Positions 28,932 to 42,546 of a stretch of DNA of 64,000 bases are shown piece by piece. The translations under genes were made by a program, and so were the position numbers. Source of the DNA: Paramecium tetraurelia (Eukaryota); contig CT868676.1 of the NCBI GenBank assembly GCA_000165425.1, forward strand, positions 252,981 through 316,980. The letters are read 5' to 3'. The notes beneath the pieces were generated by a model. The model was not told where the DNA came from and did no database searches. It worked only from the letters and a program-made list of their open reading frames with translations. Within the stretch, counting starts at the first letter, position 1, and each line of letters starts with the position of its first letter.

Positions 28932-30825
28932 TCATTTAAATTGTTATTTTTCATTAAAATAAGGATCCTATGATTATTTATAGTTCTCATATTAAGAATT
29001 CCATTCTCTTCCTTGTTGATTGAATTATTGAATGTATTCATCTGAGATTTATAATTCACTGAAATTGCCTATCGTTGGAGTTTACTTGAATTCAGAATAA
29101 GTAATATCTTGTTATTTTTACTGCAATTCTAGTTTAATGTAAAATAATATTACTAGGCTATTGATCAACTAATTGCATATATTCAACAATCTGATCAGGC
29201 AATTCCTACAACACATTTTTAGCCAACAATTCTGGGTTATCTTTGAATTAATTGAAGGGAACAAACTGCACCAGATCTCTAAATGATTGATTACCTTTAG
29301 AATCTTTTAAATTTCCTTCATCATCATCTAAAATGTTCATGTTTTTGAAATTTGCATTTCCCACTCCAACAATGATGATTGAAAAGGGCAAATGGGAGGA
29401 AGCTACTACAGAATCGATGGTTTACTAAATAAGATATATATAATGATAGTTACACTCATGTCATGAATTTCACCATCAGTCAAAATAAATAGAACGTAGT
29501 ATGAATCCTTTGCCATATCCTTGCTCAGTGAAGCTATCTTAATGACTTCTTGAAGTAATGGGTTAAAATAGGTTGGCCCATCAAAGTTAACATTTTTTAA
29601 TGCATTACTATAGGTTTGCATAATACCCTCTATGCCTTCAACTTCTGGATCTTAGGGATTGCCGTTTAAGGGAAAGCAATGTGAAGTTGAAGAAGACTTA
29701 AAATTCTTTAGATTTGGCTTACATCCAAAACCATACATGGGAACTCGTTTGTCGTATGAGTAGTTAAGAAGAATCTCTCCCACAGCCAGTAAAGCTTACT
29801 GATATTAATTTAATCTTCCAGTTTAGTTATCTATATAATGTAAAGATGATGATAAATTTGGTGATCCATTTGATCCTGTGAAATCGATGGCAGATATTAA
29901 ATTAATTTAAGTTCCACTCTTTAGGTAATCCATAAACGTTGGAGGCTCATATATTTTAACCTTAATTAGATGAATAAGAATACATCATTAAATGTGATCA
30001 AACCTGCTTAGTTATTATCCCTATTAAGTAATTATTTTTGATATTTTTTCTTTTCAATAATCTCATTTACTCTAAATTACGTATGACCAATTAGGTCAGG
30101 ATTACCAGTAGTGAAATAATCCCAGACTTCAAGTTTGAGTTGTTTGTCTAAGTTTCCATTACAAAGTTTTTATAGAGTAATATCTAATCTTCTCCATTTT
30201 GGATCAAGACAAAATTTGACATGCTCACTTTGATAAATTAATAAATTTTAATTTGCATCTTAGCTCTATCTATATATTCTGAAAAAAGGACATAAGCTGA
30301 GCCAAGGAATACAACTTCTATTTGGAAATTGATCTCCAACTAGAAGTTAATGAGGACAATTACTTATTTGCATACTTAATTTCTTATTCAATGATCTCAC
30401 TTATTCTGCTTTTATGATTAGACTCCCTGTGGTTTTAGAACCTCTTTTTAAATCAACAATTAACATTTGATCCCGAGAACCTGCAATACAACCTAATGTA
30501 GTCTCTGCACTACCGATGAACTTGAATTGTAATATGAATGTACATCAAATTTTCCATCTCCATCATCGTCATTAACTATAAATTTTAGAGGCTGTTAACA
30601 TTCAAAGAAGTAATCAATAATGAAGGTTTTTGTAAAGTTTGGATTCAAATTATCATTTATAATCTCAGTTTTGCCAAAGTCAAACCAATTGTGGTTTTGT
30701 TGAATTTGCAAAATAACAAAAGGATCGCTTTTCGAAAAGAGATCCATATTAGCCAATCCCCTGCAACTTATAAACAATTCTAATTTCTATTGAATTTATG
30801 AATCAGTATTTTGTTAGTCATTCAT
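28932..30825 (-). CDS. copine (C2-C2-vWA)
   Basis: LELFISCRGLANMDLFSKSDPF, NLNPNFTK, IDFTGSNG, YGFG, GPTYFNP, YYVLFILTDGEIHD, PFSIIIVGVG, RDLVQFVPF. Confidence 0.96.
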
Positions 30826-31105
30826 CCTTTTTTATAAAAAAATAATGATAAAACTTTTACAATTTCAGAATTATTTTTTAATTAATGAGAGATAAACACA
30901 TTTTTAGAATTGTGACTTATTTGATTTTGAGGATAAAAATATATTATTTAAATATTTCATATGCTTATCATTCTAATAAGGTTTAGATATATTAGAGAGT
31001 AATCTATATATATGATAATTCTCAAAATCTCTTTTTTGGATTCCATTTAATTTTTGGTTTTATTTTATTTATGACTTACAATTTATATCAAATTATTATT
31101 AATAT

Positions 31106-32931
31106 ATGTCTTAAGTCCACGGGAGTTCAATATTGAATAAAGAAAACCCTAATAAGGCTCCTGATCATTTGGGATCAAATGTCTTTACAGACTTGCTATC
31201 GTCCACATTTTATACAGTTATCGGCTATGTTTGTTTAGATGTTGTATTTGGAATCAGTTTGCATTTCATTGCCCAACATAATGACCCAAATGCAGTTGCA
31301 GGTTTAGGATTAGCCTTTACAACAGTGAATGTGCTGCTGATCCCAATGGCTTTAGGTAATTATAAAATGTGAGAACAAGGAACGAATTAATCATTGAATG
31401 TGCATTCAGCCTAGGCTTTGGGAGCTAAGAAGCCTAAGTTAGCGCAGAGTTACTTTACATTGACCGTCTTCATCCATTTAATGTACTTTATTCCCTTCTC
31501 AAGTACTCGAATTTAGTTAATGAAATAGTCATCTTGATTCTGATTAAACCTCTGATTGCTAAGACTATTAATGAAGATGATAGAGAGGCTACATCAGATG
31601 CTTCCCAGATATATTTATACTATTTATTACCATCGACGTTGTTTGCCATATTATATGAATGCATGAAAAGCTATATGATAGCAAATAAGGTAACATATTC
31701 AAAGTAAGATCCAGATTTTTGCAGTCTTCATGTTCATACAACTAGGTACAGCAGCACTCCACACTTTGTGGTGTTATTTGTTTATCGATTATTGGGACAT
31801 TGGAGGCGGCATAGCAGGAGCAGGACTGGCTATCATATGTACTGAGGTTCTCAATTGTGTATTCTGTCTCATAGCCATATGTGCAACTAAATATAAGAAG
31901 CAAGTATTTAGTGATTACAAGTTTAAATTCACAATGAGAAAAAAAGAAAAGAAACTCTTTTCAAGTTTCCTCAGAGGCTCTATACCAATTATAGGACATA
32001 TATATGCAGATTTTTTCGTCTTCTTTTTATTGAACTTTATAGCTGTAGGATTTGGTTCTGATCAATTGAATGCTCAATTGGCGTTATCCAATACATCGAA
32101 TTTTTATTATAAATTTCCCATTTCTCTATCGTTGGCTTTGATGACCTTCGTGGGTAATGAAATGGGTGCCAAGAATATCAAGAGAGCCAAGAGATATTCA
32201 TGGGTGGGTGTCCTATTATTTATTGGATTTACAACAATATTTTTGAGTGCTTTATCCTTTTTCAAGGAAACCTGGGCTGAATTCTACTCGGCTGGCAGAC
32301 AGGAAATCACAGATCTGATATTGGAAGTGTATCCCATCTTTGTATTTGGGTTTTTTGTTATCGATGGATTACAAGGGACATTAACTGGTATTTTGAAGGG
32401 AATCGAGAGAAAGGATTTCGTAACCTATTCTACATTACTTGTCTATTACTTGATTGGAATACCCTTAGTTGTGTATTTTGCTTATGACTTTGGATTGGGT
32501 GATAAGGTCTATGGAATTTGGCTTGCTTTTGGCATAGTGAATGCAATTCTAGCTGTCTTGTATCTAATTCTGACATTTACAACAAATTGGTCAGACATGA
32601 GCAGAAAAATCTGTTAGAGGATTGAGGATCAACACAAGATGTAAAATCTTAACGATTCTTTAAACAAGGACTTTGAGGAAGATCCTGAGAACTTGAAAAA
32701 GAAAAGGAAAGTTAAGTCATCCAAAGTGCAGGTATTACGATTTCATCCTAATCATTTAAGTAATCCAAACAGAAGAAAGATGAAAATGAGGTTGCTTCTG
32801 GAGAAAAGAAACCCAAGAAGGAAAGGAAAAACAGAAGACCTGCTGATGATGACTAACAATTCAGTTTGTAGGCAACCGAACCAACCAAAATCACAAAGTA
32901 GGAGGTTGATACAGTTCCGATTATGTCTTGA
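31106..32931 (+). CDS. MATE family efflux transporter
   Basis: AVAGLGLA, SAQALGAK, GIAGAGLA, FVGNEMGAKNIKRAK, DGLQGTLTGILKG, YYLIGIP, GIWLAF. Charged C-terminal tail. Confidence 0.93.
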
Positions 32932-32978
32932 CCTTTTTACATTCCAATATTTAAGAATAAATAATTATTATTATATCA

Positions 32979-34514
32979 ATGGGAGCTTGCATAAATAGTA
33001 GACCCCAAGTCAATGAACCCTAGGCGAGGATGAAAAAAATGAATACAGAACAACGCTTTCAACCTAAACTTAGTCGCATTTTGGATGTAAATTACAAATA
33101 GATCCCAAATAAATTTAGAAAGTAGGCTACATAAAGAAGAATCCAATAAAATAATCAATTCGAAACTGAATCTTAAGGATTGTTAGGATTGACCAATCTA
33201 GGAAATACCTGCTTTTTAAATTCAGTATTATCAATACTTATATAGTCTATCTAAGCCTTATCAAATACATAACCACTAACTGATTATTTCATGTCATAAC
33301 TCCATGTGAAAGAGATAAATCCTGACAATCCCCTCTCTAGTTAAGGCAACATAGTCCAATCATTTGCCTAACTCATTAGACTACTATGGTAGAAAGTAGA
33401 TTAATATACTCTTGAGGAAATATAGGCTTTGAAACCGACACAATTCATATCAACAATCGGAAATTATAATCCTATATTTGCAGAAGGTACCTAAGAAGAT
33501 GCCCATGAGTTTATTGCTTTTCTCTTAGATATGATTCATGAAGATTTGAATAGAATTAAAAAGAAACCTTATGTAGAATAAACTAAATTTACCAAACTCC
33601 CAACTAATGATGATGCGCATCAAGAATGGACTAAGTATCTATCTAGAAATTAGTCCATCATTGTTGATTTATTTTAGGGACACATGCTTGACACCTTATC
33701 TTGCTTAACATGTAAGTCATCTAGATATTGCTTTGAACCTTTTATGTATTTGAGTGTGCCTGTGTTGAGTAGAGAATGTGATTTATTGGAATGCATTGAG
33801 GAATTCCTGAAAACAGAAACTCTCACAGGCGATGAAGGATGGAATTGCACCAAGTGTTCATAAAGAAGAGACAGCAATAAAAAGATTGACTTATGGAGTA
33901 TGCCAAACATTCTGATAATACACCTAAAACGATTTAAATTTAATTCTTAATTCAGAGCTAAAATCAGGTCATTAGTCAGGTATCCTTTATAGAATTTATC
34001 ATTTGAAAATCTTGTTTGTACAAAACAAATAGAAAAACCAACCTATGATCTCTATGCAGTTATCAATCATAGTGGCACACTAACATCGGGACATTACACT
34101 GCTTATGCCAAAAACAGAGATGATTTGCAATGGTATCATTATAATGACTCTCTAGTATCACCAGTTTCATAACCAGAAAATTAATCTGATGCTTACTTAT
34201 TGTTTTATTTTAAAAATAGTGTTGAAGAATTCAAAAGGTAAACGCTCGAAGGAGTCAATGTTAGCTAATAGCGAAGATCTATAATAAATACAATAGTGGT
34301 CAAATAAACCATGCTTAACGTGCATTCCCAATAATCTAATAGCAACATCTCTGAGAATAAAAGGAACAACAACAACTTTTTTGTTCCATCTATTTCAAGT
34401 CAAGCTTAAAAAAGAATGCTGTTTAGAAGATAAACTAAGCATTTTCAAATTGTTAAAGCACAAGATCAGCCTTCATTCTAATAGGACTCTATCATAATAT
34501 AGGAAGAAAACTGA
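32979..34514 (+). CDS. ubiquitin-specific protease (USP, C19)
   Basis: MGAC start; GLTNLGNTCFLNS (Cys box), QEDAHEF, LIIHLKRF, YDLYAVINHSGTLTSGHYTA, WYHYND. Confidence 0.95.
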
Positions 34515-35425
34515 TAACGATAGAATTCAGTTTATATTGTTAATTAAATATCTTCAAATCATGTATTAGTATTTAAGGTCATCTTTGAAAATTAAAACAA
34601 AATTATTTATAATTATATCCTAATTATATGTACATCCTATGTCCTTCAAATAAATACTCATAAACTAAATAAACATCTAAATCATCTGGAAATGTTATCC
34701 AGAAACAAAAAATTCTAGTGATCTATTATTATGAATAGGGAACTGATGTATTTTGAAAAGGAAATGAAATTAATTTATATTTCATATTAATTAAATCAAT
34801 TAAAATAATTACTATTTGATATAAGGAATTCAAACGATATTTCTTCATCACAACCTAAACATCGCTACAATCCTTAATCCAACCTTCATTTTTCATATAT
34901 GTATATGGCTAATTTCTATTTCAGCTAGTTGGTTTTAATTTCTAATTTACATCTTTGTTTATTTAATTTTAGAGCTAAACCAATAACATATTATATAATT
35001 AAGAAGAGATCTATATATTTAAGTATTTTAATTTCGAATTTCTTATTAAATTTATAAACTATATTTCTCTAATTATTAAATGAATAATTATAAATTTTAA
35101 ATGAAATTAATATTTTAGGGTCAGTATTGACTTTGTAGAAACACATCTCTTTCCTGATAATTTTATAGCATACTTATCCAATATTTCAATAAACTCAATA
35201 AATTCATTTCCATCTCAATATACAAACTAACATTCATTTAAATATTTATATGATTTTATCCGCTTAAAATTCACTCTTGCAACATTATTCAAGAATGATT
35301 ACATAGAGTGCTAAATGACACTATAGAAAATATTGGTATCAATTAAATTTATTTGTATTATGAATTAAATTCAAATCATTAGTAAATATATATTTTTTAT
35401 ATCTTTCAAAAGTGTTGTTCATATT

Positions 35426-35785
35426 TCATTATAATAAATGAGGATGGGAAAGATGAACTTTCCTACCAAATATAACTTCTTCCTTATGATTGTGAAAGTT
35501 TTATTAGCTGAGTCTCACACTTTAAACTTTTGGTCTTCCAAAAATGCTCTCTTTTCTAGCCGTTGGTTGATTCCCATTAAAATACAATTTTGGTGGAGGT
35601 GAGGCCTTTTCTTCAACTTCAATTTCATTCTTCTCTTAGCCATGTAAATTGGAAGATTGGATATTTTGTAAATTTAAAGCCTATTGTCCTTTTTGCTAGA
35701 TTGGAGTTTAACTATTAGAAGAAGTTGATTGATGTTATTTGTTTAAGAGTATTCTTTTTTACTTTTTTGAAGTACACTAACCCAT
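35426..35785 (-). CDS. 119-aa protein with MGxC acylation motif
   Basis: Intronless MGQCTSKKQKR...RKESIFGRPK...EVIFGRKVHL...* (360 nt). Confidence 0.7.
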
Positions 35786-36167
35786 TATTAAATTAATTAT
35801 GTATTTTTGCTTTCAACATTTGTTATCAATTATTAATCTTAATCCGGAGATTAACAGAATTTAATTATAATTATTTATTTCGGTTTCATATTTGAACTAT
35901 AGATATAAATCCTACTCAGAATAGCAAATAATTATGTATACATAAGTTTATTGAACACACACTACGTAATATATTGATTTTACAAAAAAAACTACTTCTA
36001 CTAAAGAATCATAAATTTTATTTTATTTTAAACTACTTCTATCAAAGGATCTTAAATTTTGACTCAAATTTTTTGAGATCTAAAATAATAAAATTTTTTG
36101 TCTAAATTGTCTTAGTTTTATAGTTGATAAAATTTAATTATGAATAATATTAAATAAATAATTTATA

Positions 36168-37694
36168 ATGATTAAATACTGCTCGAGACTAATGAGAGTT
36201 TGTTACAGAATACCTGTTTATAGGTTTTGCAAGGATAAGTTTGAAATATCAGAGGAGGACATTGAAAAATTAAAGCAATTGTATTAATAAAAGGAGAACT
36301 ATTAACAGTTCTTATAACAAAAGGAGTGTAATATTTTTATAACAAAACCATAGAAATTTTGGAAAATGTATTTAAAGAAAGAGAATAATTGATTTCATTT
36401 AAACTGATGCAGATGAGTGACATAAATGAAGTGTTCGACTTTTATTCAAAGGAAGTGGCAAAATAATTAGACGAAAAAAATCCTCAACCTCCCTTCAATA
36501 GTAATGAGTTGAGTTTGTTTCTCTATTTCACAAGTTGTCTCAGAAACGAGGATTATGCTGAATAGATGAAGAGCCATTCTGAAAGATTTTAACAAATTGC
36601 ATCCAAAATCTTATTAGAAATTAACAGATTAGACCCAGAGTAATTTTGTGCCTTTGTTTGGGCTCTCTCTACGTATTAGATTGAGATGGGGGATTTGAAC
36701 TTAAATGACTCAAAACAATTCATCATCAAATAATCAGCTGAAATCAATATAGAAAAAATACCACCTGAAACACTGCCATCATTAGCATTCTCATTAAATC
36801 ATATTCTGAAAGAGAAGAATGATCTAATTTTGAAGATCTCAAAACTAACCTAATTAAACATTACCATATAAACTCCTAGTAATTTGATTACACTAATTAA
36901 GAGTTTGCCTGCGGGATCATTTACTAACTCAAAACTTATATTTGAATAGCTCACTGATTAATTTTAGTAAGATTTGTTGACCTAAGATCAATTCGTCAAT
37001 GTTTTAGTGGAATTGTTGAGAATTACCAATCATGAGAATACAGAGTATGTAAAAGAGATGGTAGATCTGCTCACAAAGAAGATTGAGTCAACATTAAAGC
37101 ATAATTTAAATATTTCTATGTAGAAGGTGATTGATTTGATACTCTCTTGTTTACAATTGGAATAAGAGGAAGGTGAATAATTAGTTAAATAAATGTTAAG
37201 AATTTGTCATGCCAAAAGTGAGAAGTTGAATATCTCTGAATACATTTCATTGTTTTTGGCTGTTGCTAAAATTAAGAACAAGAATTATTAAAGCGTCAAT
37301 TTAGAAAAAACCATAAAAATACTGATTGAATTAGCAAACAGATCTCAAGTATTCACATTAAATGATTTTGAATGTAAATATATATCACCACTCTTAAATA
37401 GAAAAAGAATTGGTTTAAGTCATAGTTGCATCAGCAGCTCTTAGGATAGACAATAAAGACTTTATCAGGAACATTATTACTAGAATCGACCCGCTATCAT
37501 TGCATAAGCAAGACTTGATATTGCTAGCCAAGTCTTTTGTTATTTATGTTCGATTATTTGAGGTCGAATTATTAAAAATACATTCTATCTGTGCAAAAAA
37601 GAAATATGAGTTTAGTGTGTTGGAATAAGCTCAATTAACTCAAACATTTAACAGGATCAAAGTTTTAATTCCAGATTCACCTTTTTTGTAATGA
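36168..37694 (+). CDS. hypothetical helical protein, probably mitochondrial
   Basis: Presequence-like MIKYCSRLMRVCYRIPVYRF; long code-6 frame with an intron near 36330. Confidence 0.65.
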
Positions 37695-37822
37695 GTTCCA
37701 TATAATATTTACATATATCTATCTGTAATGCCAAATAATTAAAAACGTATATGGTACATAAATTAATATGATATCAACATAGTTATGATCCCATCCCTTC
37801 TTTCAAAATATTAAAAGAATAT

Positions 37823-37863
37823 AATAAATATATTAATAAATATATTAATAAATATATTATAAA
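37823..37863 (+). repeat. short AT tandem repeat (AATAAATATATT) x3
   Basis: Visible directly upstream of the ATG at 37863. Confidence 0.7.
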
Positions 37864-38196
37864 TGGTTTCTAAAATCATATTGACCTTATTGATTGGATT
37901 AGTAATTTGTGCTACAGGTAATTACCATTATAATGCTAACTTTAGATGATTTTAATATATAAGAACATTAAGAAGAGTTTCAATCTTGCTAACAGCTTTG
38001 CGAGAATAAAGGAATTTTTTTATTAAATCAATGCATAAATATAGTTGCCTTGAGAACATCTAATGAATTTAATTCACCATAATAAAGATGCTATAGAATT
38101 ATTGAGGGAATGATTAACGATTGCACTAGATCATAATGCATATAAGGCTAAGATTAGAATTCAGTCTTTTAAGATTTCTTAAGTTCATAAAAATGA
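37863..38196 (+). CDS. small secreted cysteine-rich protein (101 aa)
   Basis: Signal peptide MVSKIILTLLIGLVICA, 28-nt intron 37918-37945, six Cys in the mature part. Confidence 0.7.
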
Positions 38197-38948
38197 AATA
38201 ATATTAGATAAATTGTTTTAAATATATTAGTTTTCTATAATTTAATTATCATAATCTTCGATCTATGGAAAACCAATTAAGTATATTTTATTTAATCTTC
38301 CTTTTTTTGATGTAACGCTTAGCTGAATACTTTATAGCAAAGAATTTAATAACCTTATTATTATTATTATAAATAATGAGAATTAATTTTATAATTCTGA
38401 AGAATCTACAATTAATTATTGATCATTAATAAGATTATCTATTACTCGAGATATCAGTTTTTTCCAGAATTGCTAATTTGCATTATTGAATCTCTGCCTT
38501 CATCTATTATCTAAATTCAAATTTTTTTATTTTTTTTAAGATTATTATCAAGGCAAAATTTTTAATTTTTATACACTTATGTTTTGATTGTTCTATTAAG
38601 TATCAATACTATGAATAAAAATTTTGTTTTAACCTGTTATTCTGAGTTTTGAATTAATAAATAAGAATTTAAGAATGTTAAAATTCATCCAAAGTTTCAT
38701 GTAGAATGAGAATGAGAATATTACTTTAATAAATTATTATATTTATTATTTAAGAAATACTAAATTCTTCCTTAAAAAGAGATAGTAAATTAATATTAAT
38801 TAATGAGGGGATTGGTAAAATATTAATGAAATTTAATATTACTTGAGAATATTTGCGAGAAGGTAGTTCCTATATGGAGGAATTTATTCAAATGATTTTA
38901 AATTAAAAAGTATGATTAAACTGGTTGAAAATTTTAATATTAATATAC

Positions 38949-40669
38949 ATGAAATAAAAACTATGGGTGGCTATTCCCAATGAATTGAAGTGGAAAAATG
39001 ACAAGCCTCTATTGAAATCTGAATTCTAAAAGCCCAACAAAAAGTCCAGGTTTTTGATCGGTTATGATCAATATATTCTAATTACAAAAGTATGATAAAT
39101 TAACATAATAATAAAGAAGCCTGAGGATCCTCCCTTGAAATATCTCAAATTAGACTTTGAGACCAAATTTGAGGTTCTCAGAACACCAGTTTAAAAGAAG
39201 GATGAAGATGATGATTCCTTGGGTACAATCATAGGAATGATTCTGATGAGAGATCACGGAAAAGATCAATTGCCTAGTTATAAACTATCAGCAAATGAAA
39301 AAGTGATAGCATAATGGAGAGAGTTTTTTTAGCCCAGAATTAATTAATGGTAATTTCATCATCTTTTCAGAGTTTTTAAGAAAATTGGAAAAGGCAATTT
39401 TGCCTCTGTATTTAATCCCCATAATTTAGGTTTACTTGGGAGAACGCATAGAGGACAATACTTAAATGGCTATAAAAGCGTTTTCAAAATAAGCTGCATA
39501 TGCTGAGGATCATGGAAAAGAGGCTATCGTAAATGAATTAACAATTATGAGAAAGCTAAACAACCATCATCTGATGAGGATGCATGAGATTTATGAAACA
39601 TAAAACTCACTCTACGTTGCACTTGAGTTATTAGAAGGTGGCTCATTGTATGATTTGATCAAAGATAAGGTCATATTAACTACTAAATAAATGTAATAAA
39701 TTTTGGTAGGCGTCCTATAAGGATTGTGTCATATGCATGAAAAAGAAATAATGCATAGAGACTTAAAGTTAGAAAATATTTTATTCAAATAACCAAAGTA
39801 AAGATTTTCATAAATTAATCAATAGAAAAATGGAAACAGTTGTTGTGGCAGATTTTGGATTGGCCACTCATGTAAATGAACCAGCTTATCTGTATTGTCG
39901 ATGTGGAACTCCTGGCTATGTTGCTCCTGAAGTCATAAATATCAAGGATATGAAATCCCATTATAGTTCTGTTTGTGATATCTACAGTTTCGGGTTGGTC
40001 TTTTATTTATTATTAACTGGCAAACCTGCCTTCCCTGGAAAGAGTTACAGCACTGTAGTCAAACAAAATAGAGAGGCTACAATTGATTTCACCATAAAAT
40101 ACTTACAAAATGCACCTCAAACTGCCATTGATTTATTAAAAAGAATGCTTGAAAAAGATCCTACCAAAAGAATAACTGCACAGTAATGTCTTGAACATCC
40201 TTATTTGGCTGAAATGAATTAAATAATGTTGGATGACCATTCAAATGATTTCATAGATGAAGGAGAAGAAAATGATTTGGGAATGAGAATGAATGCTTTG
40301 AATGAAGAGTAAGAGATTGTATTAATTTAGATCTGCCATTTTTGATGCTGCAAGAAAGAATCAATTGCTTAATTCGCCTTTACAATCTCCAGGTGGTTTG
40401 GCTACTAAGTAATTAAAGCATTAAAAGAATATTGATTCTTCTAATCAAGTATAAATGAATTCACCTCTACTGACAGGTAAAACTGACAGTGTAGACAGTA
40501 TTTCTAACATTGGAGTTACTTAAAAGAATTAGTAAAATAACTTTTAAGCCTCCCCCCAAATTAAGCCTTCCCGTTTTAAACAGTATGAATGCTTATTTAA
40601 ATTCTTAGAAATATCCCATAATAAAAACAGGAAAATCCATTATTAAAATATACTTAAAAGAGAGAATGA
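38949..40669 (+). CDS. CaMK-group Ser/Thr protein kinase with N-terminal PH-like extension
   Basis: IGKGNFASV, AIK, MHRDLKLEN, ADFGLA, CGTPGYVAPE. Same architecture as 3119-4752. Confidence 0.93.
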
Positions 40670-40959
40670 CAATGAAGAGATTTTGATTATTATTATTGTT
40701 CAAGAATTCTTCTATAAATAAGTAACTATTTTCTAATATAAATAAAATTAGAATTTGTTATTAATAATAATAATTTAATTATTTTTCTATCTACAAACAT
40801 TTGATATAACTTCTAACATATTTTTTAGTATTATTAGTTTAAGAATTAGATGGAATGAATGATTTTAATTATATTTTGAATTTTAATATTTATAAACTAC
40901 AAATCTACTAGATAAATTAAAGGCGAAAAATAAAATGTTAAATTTAGGTATATCATTTA

Positions 40960-42512
40960 TCATACACTTTTAATCTCTCTTACTTTATTCTTTTGTATTC
41001 ACTTACAATTAATGGAATGAGAAACATTCCTGCAATTATAGCATTCAATCCGCAATACAAGAATATTTTGGATTCCAAATGTGGCACAATAAGTTAATTA
41101 ATAGCAGCAAATGTAGCACCATACCCCATTACTACAGAGGTGACTGTAGCCGTTGATTTTTTATTGCCTAAGAGAATTTATTACAAAGCTAACCTTTCAA
41201 CTCTTTCATGTTACTTAGTTCAATTACAATTGCTCCAGAGATATTGTTATACACTCCTCCAATCAGTAAACCAGTTAGAAACACTAACATGTAATATAAG
41301 AAGTAAGGCTGATGACTTTGGATTTTTTGCAACTGATCGATGCATATCATCACAACTGTACCAATCCAAAGAATAGGAACTATAAGAAATGCCCGAATGT
41401 TCCAATAAACTCCAGCATAACTAGATTGAAAAAATAGAGATACCAAATAAGAATGCCTCCAGGGATGGTTCCCCACTCTATCATTTGAGTAATCAACGAA
41501 ATATTCTCTAAGTTTTATTAGCTTAAATAGTTGGGGAGCCAAAATGCTAAAATGTAAAATACTGCTTTAACGCATCCAAAGGCAAAAGCATAGAGTGCAA
41601 CGTTGGGTAGTTTCCATGCAGAAAACATGTTGATACTATCCTTCTTGGGTTTTTTGGGTTTTAATTAGGGTTCTCCTATAGTATTTCTAGCCACTGTCAA
41701 TAGAGATTGATCGATATTGCTTTTTGAAACATCTAAATCTTAATTAGATACTACTGAACTAGTCCTGGATCCTGCTCTACTCAAGTACTCTTCGTGTGCC
41801 TATTTATAGACAAGTGATTTTGTATTAGGGTTTCGAAAAGATGCAATGTATTCCTTAGCTGAATCAGTTGGAATGGCAAAGACATTGATGATTGACATTA
41901 GTATAACTCCAGCAGCAGCAACGTAGATGGGTGACATAACAATTAAATCTAATTTTTCTATGAGAATGTATGCGAAAAAGTCTCCAAGGATATTTCCAAT
42001 ATTTGTGCATGCCGTAAAATACCCCATCACAATAACCTTATTTGGTTTGCTCTGCCAATTGTTCATGATTGCCATTAGACCTGGCCAAACTGGAGCTTAT
42101 GCCACTCCATTGAATATCATTAACATCAATATTAGCCATTTGTTGTGTTGCTCAATGTGAAAGAGACCTGCTATCAAAAATTATATAATTCCAGTCATAA
42201 AAGTACCGTACAACATGAATCTCTTGGGGCCTATTCTGTCTCCGATTTGCCCTAAGCTTTGATAACTGAGATGGATTACAATAGCATTGAGGATCCGTAT
42301 GTAAATAGAAATGCAAAGTTAACGTCTGCCAAATAACTCTTATCAAAATCATCAATTTTCTGGTCGTCATACTTATCATTTGTAGATGTTAATATTCCAG
42401 TGGTGTAACTCCAGGTCGAACGACATGAATGTAACATAGCGTATTGTAGAAAGCAACAAAGAAACACAGATATTCGTTTAGCCTTTAGTCCTGGCACTGG
42501 AGAATTGAACAT
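40960..42512 (-). CDS. MFS transporter, SLC37/GlpT-like sugar-phosphate exchanger
   Basis: YAMLHSCRSTWS, GQIGDRIGPKRF, NGVAQAPVWPGLMAIMNNW, GNILG, FAFGCVKAVFYILAFWLP, TVTSVMGYGATFAA. Confidence 0.9.
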
Positions 42513-42546
42513 TATTTAAAATTAAATGTATAAAGATCATATGATA

